Shown here in pieces: positions 15,537 to 25,462 of a stretch of DNA of 64,000 nt (position 1 is the stretch's first letter; the number at the start of each line of letters is the position of its first letter). Position numbers and translations under genes: made by a program. Below the pieces are notes generated by a model. That model had not been told where the DNA came from. It made no database searches and saw nothing but the letters and a program-made list of their open reading frames with translations. The DNA comes from Synergistota bacterium (GTDB taxonomy: Bacteria > Synergistota > Synergistia > Synergistales > 79-D21), in NCBI GenBank assembly GCA_022839995.1, contig JALHIN010000014.1, positions 2,664 to 66,663 of the forward strand. The letters are read 5' to 3'.

Positions 15537-16013
15537 ATGAAATGCCCTATTTGTGGAGCTGGCGACACCCGTGTGATCGAAACCCGGACGGCCGACGAGG
15601 ACCGCATCGTGCGTCGGCGTCGTGAATGCGTTTCGTGTCAGTCGCGGTTCACGACCTACGAGAGGCTTGAGCCCAGGACTCTTCTCTGGGTAGTTAAGAA
15701 GGACGGTCGAAGGGAAGCCTTCGACAGGGAAAAGCTCCTCAAGGGAATGGCCAAGGCCTGCGAGAAACTGCCGGTCCCGCTCGAGAGAATCGAAGAAGCG
15801 GTGGCCGAAATCGAGGAATCCCTGCGAAACACGGGACAGGGGGAAATCTCGAGCGTGCGCGTTGGAGAAATGGCCATGGAAAAACTGAGGGGCCTCCACC
15901 AGGTTGCCTACGTCCGTTTTGCTTCGGTATACCGGGAATTCACCGACCTCTCGGGCTTTACCCGGGAAATTTCCAAACTCCTCGAAGAAAGGGATGAAAA
16001 GAATGGCCGATAA
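15537..16013 (+). CDS. nrdR: transcriptional repressor NrdR
   Basis: MKCPICGAGDTRVIETR...RRRRECVSCQSRFTTYE is the zinc ribbon, followed by an ATP-cone. Confidence 0.9.
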   Translation: MKCPICGAGDTRVIETRTADEDRIVRRRRECVSCQSRFTTYERLEPRTLLWVVKKDGRREAFDREKLLKGMAKACEKLPVPLERIEEAVAEIEESLRNTGQGEISSVRVGEMAMEKLRGLHQVAYVRFASVYREFTDLSGFTREISKLLEERDEKNGR

Positions 16014-18132
16014 CAGCGAAATGCTGGCCGGGCGACAGATGCAGCTTTTCGGAAGCCGGGCCGAGTCGACCGACCTCCTTCTCATGGTCGATGCCCTGGC
16101 ACAGGAGGAACGATCCCCCTGGAAAGCCGAGCGCATCCAGAAAGCCCTGATCCTGGAGGCAGGAGTCGAGCCTCAGCTTGCCGCGGAGATCGCGGCGGAG
16201 GTTGAAGAGGACCTCGTCCGGTGCAACCGGGAACAGGTGACGACTACGCTGATCCGGGAGATGGTCAACGTCAAGCTGTTCCAGAGGGGCCTGGACGCGA
16301 AACTGAAGGACCACAGCCGTATCGGGATTCCTCTTTTCGACCTGGAATCGATGATGCTGTCCCCGAATCACGAGAACAGCAATACGACGCACAACCCGGA
16401 GTCGATCAACCTCTCGATCGCAGAAATGGTCCTGAAGGAATATGCCCTTACGAAGGTCTTTTCTCCTGACATCGCGGAAGCTCACTTGACGGGAGACATC
16501 CACCTTCACGACCTGGGGATGATCAACAGGCCCTACTGTTCCGGGCAAAGCATGGCTTACGTCGAAAAGTACGGGCTCAATTTTCCCTGCATCACGAGCA
16601 TCTCGGCACCCGCCAAACACGCGGACGTCCTCCTTGCGCACGTGTTGAAGATGACCTCCGTCCTTCAGAACAATTTTGCGGGAGCGATCGGCTGGGATGC
16701 GGTCAACGTCTTTTTCGCTCCCTACATCGAAGGAGAAAGCGACGAGAGGGTGAAGCAGCTTGCCCAGATGCTGGTTTTCGAATTCAACCAGCTGGCCGGA
16801 GGACGGGGGGGGCAGGTTGCCTTCACGGACATCAACCTTTACTACGAGGTTCCGAAACATTTCCGGGACGTGCCCGCGATCGGCCCCGGAGGGATGACCA
16901 CGGGCAAGACCTACGCGGACTACGCCCCCGAATCGAAGCGTTTCCTGAAGGCCCTCATGGATGTTTACCTGGAGGGAGACAGTCGCGGGCAACCTTTCTT
17001 TTTTCCGAAACCCCTTCTGCATATCACGGATGATTTCTTCAAGGAACCTGGCTGGGAAGAAATGTTGCACCTCGCCTGCCGGGTTGCTTCGGAAAAGGGC
17101 AACACCTATTTCGTGTTCGACCGCGGCGGGGTCGCCAAGCTTTCCGAATGCTGCAGGCTCAGTTTCGAGCTGACGCCGGAAGACCTCGAAGAAGCCCGAA
17201 TGCCCTGGAAGATGCGCTACTGTGCACTGCAGAACGTCACGATCAACCTCCCGCGCCTCGCTTACAGGAGCGGCGGGGACTATGACGTCCTCTTCGAACT
17301 GCTGGATCACGAGATGGAGCTGGCGGGCAGAGCCCACCTGGAAAAGCGCCGTTTCATCCAGGAAATCCTTTCGCTCGGGAAAAAAGGACCCCTGAACACC
17401 CTGTGTGTCGATCACGACGGGGAAACCTACATCCGGATGAACAAGGCCAGCCATCTCGTCGGAATCATCGGCCTCAACGAGCTTGCCCAGGCGATGACCG
17501 GGCACGAGCTTCACGAGGATCCGAAGGCCATGGAATTTGCCCTTGCCGTCATCAAATTCATGGAGCTCAAATGCGAAGAGCTGTCCAGCCGCACCGGGTT
17601 GAAAATCGTGCTGGAGCAGACCCCCGCGGAAAGCACGGCTTACCGCCTCGCCAAGTTGGACCTGCGCTATTTCCCGGACCAGGCAAGCCGGTACATCCGG
17701 GGAAACCGGGAAACCGGTGAGATTTATTACACGAACAGCAGCCACTTTGCCTACGATATCTCGATGGACCCGATCGAAAAGGTGCTTGAAGAGGGGCGTT
17801 TCCATCCGATGATCAAGGCGGGAGCCATCACCCATGTGTGGCTCGGAGAGCACCAGCCTGACCCGGGAGCCCTGGCTTCGTTCGTAAGGAAGATCTTCCA
17901 GCACTCGGAAAGCGCCCAGGTGGCCTTCAGCCCCGAATTCACGGTCTGTAACGACTGCGGCAAGGTGGTCCGGGGGCTCCGCGAGGACTGCCCTGCCTGC
18001 AGTAGCTTGAATGTCGATGGAATCACAAGGATCACCGGATATTTCACGCGGACTTCGTCTTGGAACGCCGGCAAGAGGGCGGAACTCCGCGACAGGAAAA
18101 GGGTGGCCATTCCCCTTGATGCAGATTCCTGA
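15994..18132 (+). CDS. nrdD: anaerobic ribonucleoside-triphosphate reductase (class III)
   Basis: C-terminal CNDCG...CPACSS zinc site and glycyl-radical motif RITGYFTR. The gene is ~710 aa. The start (15994 or 16003) overlaps the nrdR 3' end. Confidence 0.9.
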   Translation: MKRMADNSEMLAGRQMQLFGSRAESTDLLLMVDALAQEERSPWKAERIQKALILEAGVEPQLAAEIAAEVEEDLVRCNREQVTTTLIREMVNVKLFQRGLDAKLKDHSRIGIPLFDLESMMLSPNHENSNTTHNPESINLSIAEMVLKEYALTKVFSPDIAEAHLTGDIHLHDLGMINRPYCSGQSMAYVEKYGLNFPCITSISAPAKHADVLLAHVLKMTSVLQNNFAGAIGWDAVNVFFAPYIEGESDERVKQLAQMLVFEFNQLAGGRGGQVAFTDINLYYEVPKHFRDVPAIGPGGMTTGKTYADYAPESKRFLKALMDVYLEGDSRGQPFFFPKPLLHITDDFFKEPGWEEMLHLACRVASEKGNTYFVFDRGGVAKLSECCRLSFELTPEDLEEARMPWKMRYCALQNVTINLPRLAYRSGGDYDVLFELLDHEMELAGRAHLEKRRFIQEILSLGKKGPLNTLCVDHDGETYIRMNKASHLVGIIGLNELAQAMTGHELHEDPKAMEFALAVIKFMELKCEELSSRTGLKIVLEQTPAESTAYRLAKLDLRYFPDQASRYIRGNRETGEIYYTNSSHFAYDISMDPIEKVLEEGRFHPMIKAGAITHVWLGEHQPDPGALASFVRKIFQHSESAQVAFSPEFTVCNDCGKVVRGLREDCPACSSLNVDGITRITGYFTRTSSWNAGKRAELRDRKRVAIPLDADS

Positions 18133-18805
18133 TTTCCCGATGGTCGGCGGGTACCTCCCCACGTCGTTTCTGGACTGGGAGGGGCACGTCGTCGCTGTCG
18201 TCTTTGTAAGCGGCTGCAACTTCCGTTGTCCGTTCTGTCACAACGCACCCCTGGCGACGGGCATGGCTGAAGGGCTGAACACCCGGTCAGTTCTTTCGGA
18301 TATCTGGAAAAGGCGACTTTTTCTTGACGGTGTCGTGATCAGCGGAGGGGAACCCACGCTTTACCCGAACCTGCAGGAACTGCTCGAGTGGATACGGAAA
18401 AAGGCGGAGCTCCCGGTCAAGCTGGACACGAACGGATCCCGCCCGGAGATCCTCGAGCGGCTTGTTCGCAGCGGACTGGTCGATGCCGTGGCGATGGATG
18501 TCAAGGGGCCCTGGGAGAAGTACTCGGTCCTTTCGGGAGTTCCCGTTGAAACCGATCGGATCCGAGCCTCCATCGGTCTTTTGAGGGCGCTCCCGATCTG
18601 CTACGAGCTCAGGACGACGTTTGTCCCGGGCCTGCTGACGATTGAAGACATGAAGCGTGTCCAGCTTCAGCTCGAAGAAGATCCGCGGTGGGTCGTCCAG
18701 CTCTTCCGGCCCGAAAACCCGCTGGATCCGTCCCTACGAAACACCCCCCCCCCGTCGAAGGCGGAGATCGCGTCCGCGCTGCCGGGGGTCAAGATACGGG
18801 GGTAA
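18119..18805 (+). CDS. nrdG: anaerobic RNR activating protein (radical SAM)
   Basis: [27 protein letters not shown] carries the CxxxCxxC motif. The gene overlaps the nrdD stop. An alternative ATG is at 18140. Confidence 0.85.
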   Translation: MQIPDFPMVGGYLPTSFLDWEGHVVAVVFVSGCNFRCPFCHNAPLATGMAEGLNTRSVLSDIWKRRLFLDGVVISGGEPTLYPNLQELLEWIRKKAELPVKLDTNGSRPEILERLVRSGLVDAVAMDVKGPWEKYSVLSGVPVETDRIRASIGLLRALPICYELRTTFVPGLLTIEDMKRVQLQLEEDPRWVVQLFRPENPLDPSLRNTPPPSKAEIASALPGVKIRG

Positions 18806-18854
18806 AGAGCGGTATAATTCACTCGCACCTATTCTGCGAAGGAGGGTCGAGTCC

Positions 18855-20045
18855 ATGTCCGTCGAAAAGCGGTTTATCCGGGAGGAACTGGAGAGGCTCA
18901 AGTCCGAGGGACTCTATACACAGATCCGGACGATCGAAAGTGCGCAGGGGCCCTGGGTGACGATCGAAGGGCGCCGCAGGCTGAACCTGTGCTCAAACAA
19001 CTATCTCGGGCTGTGCAGCGACGCCCGGGTCTGCGAGCGGGCCCGTGCGATGATCGACATTTACGGGGTAGGCCCCGGTGCGGTTCGTACGATCGCCGGG
19101 ACGATGAGTCCGCATGTCGAGCTGGAAACGAAGCTGGCCAAGTTTAAGGGGACAGAGGCCGCCATGCTGGTTCAGTCGGGGTTCTGTGCCAACCTTTCCG
19201 CAATCCCTCCGCTGGTTGGAAAAGGAGATCTCGTGTTCAGCGACGAGCTGAACCATGCCTCGATCATCGACGCGTGCCGCCTGAGCGGCGCAACCATCCT
19301 GAGGTACCCGCACAACAGTCCCTCCGGGCTCCGGGAGGTCCTCGAGAGCAAAAAGGACGACCCCTGCCGCAAGCTGGTCGTGACGGACGGCGTTTTCTCG
19401 ATGGATGGGGACATCGCCCCACTGCCGGAGCTCGTTGAAGTCGCCGAGGCATACGGGGCCATGATCATGGTGGACGATGCCCACGGCGAAGGCGTGCTGG
19501 GACGAGGGGGAAGGGGAATCGTGGACCATTTCGGCCTGCACGGGAGGGTCGATGTCGAGGTCGGCACCCTTTCGAAAGCTTTCGGAGTGGTGGGTGGGTT
19601 CATTTCCGGGACGGCGGAACTAGTCGACTACCTGCGGCAGAAAGCGAGGCCGAACCTCTTCAGCAGCGCCCTGACGGTCCCCGACGTGGCGGCGAACCTG
19701 GCTTCGGTGGAGATCCTGGAGGAAAGCGACGATCTCGTCCGGAAACTCTGGTCGAACGGCAAGCTCTTCAAAGAGCGGATGAAAGGATACGGGTTCAATA
19801 TCGGGCAAAGCCAAACCCCGATCACCCCGGTCATCCTGGGCGAAGCCGCCGTCGCAAGGACCTTTAGCGCGCGCCTTTTCGAGGAAGGGATCTTTGCACA
19901 GGCGATCGCCTTCCCGACGGTGCCGAAAGGGACAGCCCGGATCCGGGTCATGGTTTCGGCTGCGCATGAACCGGAGGACCTGGAAATGGCCGCGGATGTC
20001 TTCGCCAGGGTGGCGCGTGAGATGAATCTCCTTCCGAACCGGTGA
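18855..20045 (+). CDS. PLP-dependent alpha-oxoamine synthase: glycine C-acetyltransferase (Kbl) / 8-amino-7-oxononanoate synthase family
   Basis: [27 protein letters not shown] and the PLP lysine in [16 protein letters not shown] serves as RBS. Confidence 0.8.
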   Translation: MSVEKRFIREELERLKSEGLYTQIRTIESAQGPWVTIEGRRRLNLCSNNYLGLCSDARVCERARAMIDIYGVGPGAVRTIAGTMSPHVELETKLAKFKGTEAAMLVQSGFCANLSAIPPLVGKGDLVFSDELNHASIIDACRLSGATILRYPHNSPSGLREVLESKKDDPCRKLVVTDGVFSMDGDIAPLPELVEVAEAYGAMIMVDDAHGEGVLGRGGRGIVDHFGLHGRVDVEVGTLSKAFGVVGGFISGTAELVDYLRQKARPNLFSSALTVPDVAANLASVEILEESDDLVRKLWSNGKLFKERMKGYGFNIGQSQTPITPVILGEAAVARTFSARLFEEGIFAQAIAFPTVPKGTARIRVMVSAAHEPEDLEMAADVFARVAREMNLLPNR

Positions 20046-20144
20046 AACCCGTAAAGTCCCCTATGAAATCAGCCGCTCATCGTGTAGAATTCTCCTGTGC
20101 TTCGGAAGTTTCAGATTAAACTTTTGTGGAGGAGGGGTACGCGG

Positions 20145-21278
20145 ATGAAGTTCGGAAAGGTTGGAATCGCTCTTGCTCTGGTTCTGGTGTTCGCGGCGGG
20201 CGCCTTTGCCGCGGATACGGTCAAGATCGGTGTTTTCCTTCCGCTGACCGGCCAGATGGGCTTCGGTGGGCAGCTTGAGCTGGACGGGATCAAGATGGCT
20301 CACAAGGAAGCTCCGACGGTTCTCGGAAAGAAAGTGGAGCTGATTGTGGTCGACAACAAGTCCGATAAGGTCGAAGCCGCCAACGCCGTTAAGCGCCTGA
20401 TCGAGAAGGATAAGGTCGTGGCGATCATCGGGACCTACGGTTCGTCCCTGGCAATGGCCGGCGGCGAGATTTCCGAGAAGGCGGGCATCCCGCAGCTCGG
20501 AACCTCCTGCACCAACCCCCTCGTCACGCAGGGCAAGAAGTACATTTTCCGCACCTGTTTCATCGATCCTTTCCAGGGAGCGGGCGCGGCCACCTATGCC
20601 TTCCAGAAGATGAAGGCGAAGAACGCGGCGATCCTGATCGATGTGTCCCAGGACTATAGTGTCGGCCTGGCCAATTTCTTCGAAAAGTCCTTTACGAAGA
20701 TGGGCGGGAAGATCGTGGCGAAGCTGAACTACAACTCCGGCGACCAGGACTTTACGGCACAGCTCACCGAAATCATCAGCAAGAAGCCGGATGTCCTTTT
20801 CATCCCCAGCTATTTTGCTGAAGGGGCCATCATCATGAAGCAGGTCGGCGAGCTGGGCGGCCAGTTCAAGATCATGGGCGGAGACGCCATGGACAACCCC
20901 GAGATCGTCAAGATCGGTGGAAAGGCTGTCGAAGGGTTTGCCTACACCACGTTCCCGTATGATCCGACCATGAAGGACATGAGCCCGATTGCCAAGAAAT
21001 TCACCGAGAACTGGAAGAAGTCGTTCCCGGGCAAGGATCCCAACGTGAACGCGGCTCTGGGGTACGACTCCTACATGCTGATCCTCGATGCCATCAAGCG
21101 CGCGGGGAAGGCCGATCCCAAGCTGATCCGCGATAAGCTTGAAGCCACGAAGAACTTCCCCGGCGTCACGGGCAGCACCACGATGAACGCCACGCACGAC
21201 GCGGAGAAACCCGTCGGGATCATGATGATCCAGAACGGCAAGCGCGTCTTCGTGGACGTCATCCAGCCGAAGCTGTAA
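20145..21278 (+). CDS. branched-chain amino acid ABC transporter substrate-binding protein (LivJ/K-like)
   Basis: Signal peptide MKFGKVGIALALVLVFAAGAFA, a type-I periplasmic binding fold (IGVFLPLTG..., GTYGSS) and the liv permease/ATPase genes downstream. Confidence 0.85.
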   Translation: MKFGKVGIALALVLVFAAGAFAADTVKIGVFLPLTGQMGFGGQLELDGIKMAHKEAPTVLGKKVELIVVDNKSDKVEAANAVKRLIEKDKVVAIIGTYGSSLAMAGGEISEKAGIPQLGTSCTNPLVTQGKKYIFRTCFIDPFQGAGAATYAFQKMKAKNAAILIDVSQDYSVGLANFFEKSFTKMGGKIVAKLNYNSGDQDFTAQLTEIISKKPDVLFIPSYFAEGAIIMKQVGELGGQFKIMGGDAMDNPEIVKIGGKAVEGFAYTTFPYDPTMKDMSPIAKKFTENWKKSFPGKDPNVNAALGYDSYMLILDAIKRAGKADPKLIRDKLEATKNFPGVTGSTTMNATHDAEKPVGIMMIQNGKRVFVDVIQPKL

Positions 21279-21304
21279 AAAACCAATCTGTCCAGGAACT
21301 TCTT

Positions 21305-21334
21305 GACGGGGAGGGGGGCAACCTCCTCCCCGTC
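21305..21334 (+). promoter_or_regulatory. intercistronic hairpin between the binding-protein gene and the permease genes
   Basis: 13-bp stem GACGGGGAGGGGG / CCTCCTCCCCGTC with GNRA loop GCAA (21318-21321). No U-tract follows. Confidence 0.5.
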
Positions 21335-21356
21335 TTGATGAGCAAGGGGGCAACTC

Positions 21357-22250
21357 ATGAGTCTAGACATGTTCGTCCAGCACCTCTTCAATGCCTTGAC
21401 CCTCGGTAGCCTTTACGGCCTCATCGCGATCGGCTACACGATGGTCTACGGAATCCTGAGGCTGATCAATTTCGCGCACGGCGACATTTTCATGCTGGGT
21501 GCCTATTTCGTCTTTTTCGGGGTGACGCTGACCAAGCTGCCCTGGGGAATCGCCGTCGTCCTCGCGGTCGCGCTTTCCGCACTCTGCGGGGTGGTCATCG
21601 ATCGGATCGCTTACCGCCCCCTGAGGGATGCACCGCGAATTTCCGCCCTCATCAGCGCGATCGGCGTTTCCTTTTTCATTGAAAACCTTGGCCTCGTGGT
21701 GTTTACCGGTTTGCCGAAGCCCGTCTATCGCCCGGACTGGCTTGTAGAAATCATCTCCTTCGGGAACATCCGCGTCCTGCCTCTCGCGATCATCGTACCG
21801 GCCATCGCCTTTGCCCTCGTGATGGGGCTCCTCTGGATCGTCTACAAGACCAAGCCGGGGCTTGCCATGCGTTCGATCTCGAAGGACATCGAAACGACGA
21901 GGTTGATGGGGGTCTCCGTCGACAAGATCATCGCCCTGACCTTCGGGCTCGGATCGGCGCTTGCCGCCGCATCGGGCATCATGTGGGCCCTACGGTACCC
22001 GCAGATCCATCCCTTCATGGGAGTTTTCCCGGGATTCAAGGCGTTTATCGCTGCCGTTCTCGGCGGGATCGGCTCGATCCAGGGTGCGATGATAGGAGGA
22101 ATGCTCCTGGGGCTCATCGAAATCATGGCGGTCGCCTTTTTCCCGGCTCTTTCGGGCTACCGTGACGCTTTCGCCTTCATCCTGCTCATCGTGATCCTCC
22201 TCATGAAACCGACCGGGCTCATGGGTGAAAAACTGGAGGAGAAGGTATGA
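21357..22250 (+). CDS. livH: branched-chain amino acid ABC transporter permease (LivH-like)
   Basis: Polytopic membrane protein with NFAHGD, typical of LivH. Operon context agrees. Confidence 0.85.
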   Translation: MSLDMFVQHLFNALTLGSLYGLIAIGYTMVYGILRLINFAHGDIFMLGAYFVFFGVTLTKLPWGIAVVLAVALSALCGVVIDRIAYRPLRDAPRISALISAIGVSFFIENLGLVVFTGLPKPVYRPDWLVEIISFGNIRVLPLAIIVPAIAFALVMGLLWIVYKTKPGLAMRSISKDIETTRLMGVSVDKIIALTFGLGSALAAASGIMWALRYPQIHPFMGVFPGFKAFIAAVLGGIGSIQGAMIGGMLLGLIEIMAVAFFPALSGYRDAFAFILLIVILLMKPTGLMGEKLEEKV

Positions 22251-23299
22251 AGACCCCCAACAGGAAACGGGATCTCACGCTGACGTTTGTCGCGGTCGGA
22301 CTTTTTTTGGTGTTCCTCTGGTGGGCGAACGGACACCTGGACAACTACAAGATCCAGGTCCTGAACCTCATCGCGATCAACTCGATCCTTGCCCTGAGCC
22401 TCAACCTCATCTACGGGTTCACGGGAATGTTTTCCCTCGGGCATGCCGGGTTCATGGCCATCGGTGCCTATGTTTCTTCCCTGCTGATCCTGCCTCCGAT
22501 CCAGAAGGAAATGATTTATATCCTTCAACCCCTGGTCTGGCCGTTTTCGGTGCTCCAGGCCCCGTTTTTCGTGGCGGTGCTCGCCGGCGGCTTTGCAGCG
22601 GCCGTGCTGGGATTGATCATCGCGATTCCTGTGCTGAGGCTCGGAGGAGATTACCTGGGGATTGCAACGCTTGGGTTCGCGGAGATCATCCGAGTCGTGT
22701 TCACGAACCTGACTCCCATCACGAACGGTGCACTGGGGCTGAAAGGAATCCCCGACTACGCAAACATCTGGTGGAACTACGGGTGGTGCTTCCTGACCCT
22801 CTTCTTCATGGTCCGGCTCATCAACAGCAACTTCGGAAACGTCCTCAAGGCGATCCGGGATGACGAGGTCGCGGCCAGGGCGATGGGGATCAACACTTTC
22901 AAATACCGGGTTGTCTCCTTTTCGGTCGGTGCCTTCTTTGCCGGAGTCGGTGGAGCCCTTATGGCAAGCCTCATCACGACAATCGACCCAAAGATGTTCA
23001 GTTTCCTGCTTACCTTCAACGTCCTGATGATCGTTGTCGCGGGAGGGCTCGGATCCCTTACGGGAAGCATTATCGGTAGCGCTGTCATCACGATACTGCT
23101 GGAATGGCTCCGGTTCGTGGAGAATCCGATCGACATCGGAACCTTCCACCTTGAAGGCATACCCGGGATGCGAATGGTCATTTTTTCCCTGCTGCTCATC
23201 CTGATCATCCTCTTCAGGCGCGAAGGCATCATGGGAATGCGGGAATTCAACTGGAGTGCCCTGTTAAGCCGATCCTCCCGGGGAGGTGAGGCCCGATGA
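22247..23299 (+). CDS. livM: branched-chain amino acid ABC transporter permease (LivM-like)
   Basis: Polytopic membrane protein with GFTGMFSLGHAGFMAIGAY. It has ATGA overlaps on both sides. Confidence 0.85.
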   Translation: MKTPNRKRDLTLTFVAVGLFLVFLWWANGHLDNYKIQVLNLIAINSILALSLNLIYGFTGMFSLGHAGFMAIGAYVSSLLILPPIQKEMIYILQPLVWPFSVLQAPFFVAVLAGGFAAAVLGLIIAIPVLRLGGDYLGIATLGFAEIIRVVFTNLTPITNGALGLKGIPDYANIWWNYGWCFLTLFFMVRLINSNFGNVLKAIRDDEVAARAMGINTFKYRVVSFSVGAFFAGVGGALMASLITTIDPKMFSFLLTFNVLMIVVAGGLGSLTGSIIGSAVITILLEWLRFVENPIDIGTFHLEGIPGMRMVIFSLLLILIILFRREGIMGMREFNWSALLSRSSRGGEAR

Positions 23300-24090
23300 G
23301 CGCGAATCCTCCTGTTCCTGTTCTCGAAACCCGGGACGTCATGATTCGCTTCGGGGGGCTGACGGCGGTCAACAACTTCAACATTTCGGTCCCGAAAGGG
23401 AGCATCGTGGGCCTGATAGGGCCGAACGGGGCCGGAAAAACGACCTGCTTCAACATCATCACGGGGTTCTACAAGCCGACCCAGGGTGACGTTTTTCTCG
23501 AGGGGAGAAGGATTACCGGGCTTCCGCCCCACAAGGTCTGCGAGGCGGGGATCGCCCGGACCTTCCAGAACATCCGTCTTTTCTATAACGAAACCGTCCT
23601 TCAGAATGTCATGATCGGGGGGTTTGTCCGGCAGAAGAGCCAATGGTGGATGCCTCCCCTGATGGTTCCCTCCTGCACAAGGGAAGAGCGGGAACTCAGG
23701 GAAACTGCCATGGCCCTCCTCGATTCGGTGGGGCTTGGAAAACTCGCGGGCGAGGTCTCGAGTTCACTGCCTTACGGGGCACAGCGAAGGCTGGAAATTG
23801 CCAGGGCGCTGGCCACAAAGCCGAAATTCCTGCTCCTGGACGAGCCCGCTGCGGGGATGAACCCCCAGGAGTCACAGGAACTGATGGATTTCATCAAGCG
23901 GATCCGGACCGATTTCGACCTGACGATCCTGCTGATCGAACACGACATGAAAGTGGTCATGGGAGTTTGCGAGCACATCTGGGTCCTCGACTACGGAATC
24001 CTCATCGCAGAAGGGAACCCCGAGCAGATCCGGACGAACCCGAAAGTCATCGAAGCCTACCTCGGGGAGGAGGCGGCCCAGAATGCTTAA
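23296..24090 (+). CDS. livG: ABC transporter ATP-binding protein (LivG-like)
   Basis: Walker A GPNGAGKTT, signature LPYGAQRRLEIA and Walker B LLLDEPAAG. Confidence 0.9.
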   Translation: MSANPPVPVLETRDVMIRFGGLTAVNNFNISVPKGSIVGLIGPNGAGKTTCFNIITGFYKPTQGDVFLEGRRITGLPPHKVCEAGIARTFQNIRLFYNETVLQNVMIGGFVRQKSQWWMPPLMVPSCTREERELRETAMALLDSVGLGKLAGEVSSSLPYGAQRRLEIARALATKPKFLLLDEPAAGMNPQESQELMDFIKRIRTDFDLTILLIEHDMKVVMGVCEHIWVLDYGILIAEGNPEQIRTNPKVIEAYLGEEAAQNA

Positions 24091-24787
24091 GATCGAAGAT
24101 CTGCACGTCTACTACGGAGGCATTCACGCGCTGAAAGGCCTTTCTCTCGAGGTTTCGGAAGGGCAGATCGTGACCCTCATCGGGGCGAACGGAGCCGGGA
24201 AAAGCAGTACTCTTCGCTCGATTGCAGGCCTGGTCAAGAACAAAAAGGGGAAAATCCTTTTCGAAGGCGCGAACATCCTCGGCAAAACTCCGGAGGCCCT
24301 CGTCGGAATGGGAATCGCCATGTGCCCGGAAGGCCGCAGGATTCTGCCCCACCTGACGGTCATGGAAAACCTGATGCTGGGAGCGTATATCCGCAACGAC
24401 AAGGATGGAATCGCAAAAGACCTGGACTGGGTTTTTGAACTTTTCCCCCGGTTGAAGGAAAGGACCTGGCAAAAGGGCGGGACGCTTTCGGGAGGAGAAC
24501 AGCAAATGCTGGCCCTCGGCAGGGCCCTGATGAGTCGGCCCAAGCTTCTCATGCTGGACGAACCCTCCCTGGGACTTGCCCCGCTTCTCGTCAAAGAGGT
24601 CTTCGAGATCATCAAGACGATCAACGCCGAAGGGAAAACCGTCCTGCTCGTGGAGCAGAACGCCTACGCGGCCTTGAAAGTGGCACATTATGCCTACGTC
24701 CTTGAGGTCGGGGAAATCGTGCTGCAAGGAACGGGGGAGGCTTTGATCGAAGATCCGAAGGTTCGCGAAGCCTACCTTGGAGGCTGA
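24083..24787 (+). CDS. livF: ABC transporter ATP-binding protein (LivF-like)
   Basis: Walker A GANGAGKSS, signature LSGGEQQMLA and Walker B LMLDEPS. Confidence 0.9.
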   Translation: MLKIEDLHVYYGGIHALKGLSLEVSEGQIVTLIGANGAGKSSTLRSIAGLVKNKKGKILFEGANILGKTPEALVGMGIAMCPEGRRILPHLTVMENLMLGAYIRNDKDGIAKDLDWVFELFPRLKERTWQKGGTLSGGEQQMLALGRALMSRPKLLMLDEPSLGLAPLLVKEVFEIIKTINAEGKTVLLVEQNAYAALKVAHYAYVLEVGEIVLQGTGEALIEDPKVREAYLGG

Positions 24788-24891
24788 ACGGGAAATCCTT
24801 CGATTCGGTGCGGGTCGGCGTGCTGCGTCGGCCCGCATCGCGCGGCAATTTGAACGAGCCTGTTCCTGGAAACCGAACGGAGGGAGAAACG

Positions 24892-25431
24892 ATGGGGGCC
24901 TCGGCCTTGAACCTGCCGAATCTGCTTAGTCTATCGCGGGTTTTTCTCGCTCCTCTTGTGGTCGTCTTTCTCACACTGCGGATCGAATGGGGAGATCTCA
25001 TCGCGGGAGCGGTCTTCATCCTGGCAGCCTTGACGGACACGGCGGACGGTTACATTGCCAGGAAACACGGCATCGTCACGAACCTGGGAAAATTCATCGA
25101 TCCCCTGGCTGACAAGGTCCTCATTACCGCAGCCCTGGTCGGCCTCGTCGAGCTGCAGCGGATCCCAGCCTGGATGGTGGTCCTCATCCTTGCAAGGGAG
25201 TTCCTCGTGACCGGGCTCAGGATGATCGCAGCGGCCGAAGGGGTCGTGCTGGCGGCTTCGAGGGGAGGAAAGGCGAAGACCGTTTCCCAGATCATCGCAA
25301 TCGTGATGATGATCTTCGACCTGCCATTGGCACGCTCCGCAATGTGGGTTGCGCTGCTGTTGACCGTGTGGTCCGGGATGGACTATCTCATGAAGGGCTG
25401 GAGCCTTCTGAGCACCCCTCCGGCCCGGTGA
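24892..25431 (+). CDS. pgsA: CDP-diacylglycerol--glycerol-3-phosphate 3-phosphatidyltransferase
   Basis: The CDP-alcohol phosphatidyltransferase motif DTADGYIARKHGIVTNLGKFIDPLADKV. GGAGGGAG serves as RBS. Confidence 0.85.
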   Translation: MGASALNLPNLLSLSRVFLAPLVVVFLTLRIEWGDLIAGAVFILAALTDTADGYIARKHGIVTNLGKFIDPLADKVLITAALVGLVELQRIPAWMVVLILAREFLVTGLRMIAAAEGVVLAASRGGKAKTVSQIIAIVMMIFDLPLARSAMWVALLLTVWSGMDYLMKGWSLLSTPPAR

Positions 25432-25462
25432 CTCCCGCGGATGAAAGGAAGGTCTGTGAAGG

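Noticed and set aside
15958-18219. 753-codon stop-free ORF antisense to nrdD.
   Set aside because: It lies in the exact codon-complement register of nrdD; both use triplets starting at positions congruent to 1 mod 3. Stops could arise only from sense codons TTA, CTA or TCA, which this GC-rich genome avoids. The product is a low-complexity R/G/P/L-rich sequence with no RBS or motifs. It is a shadow ORF.
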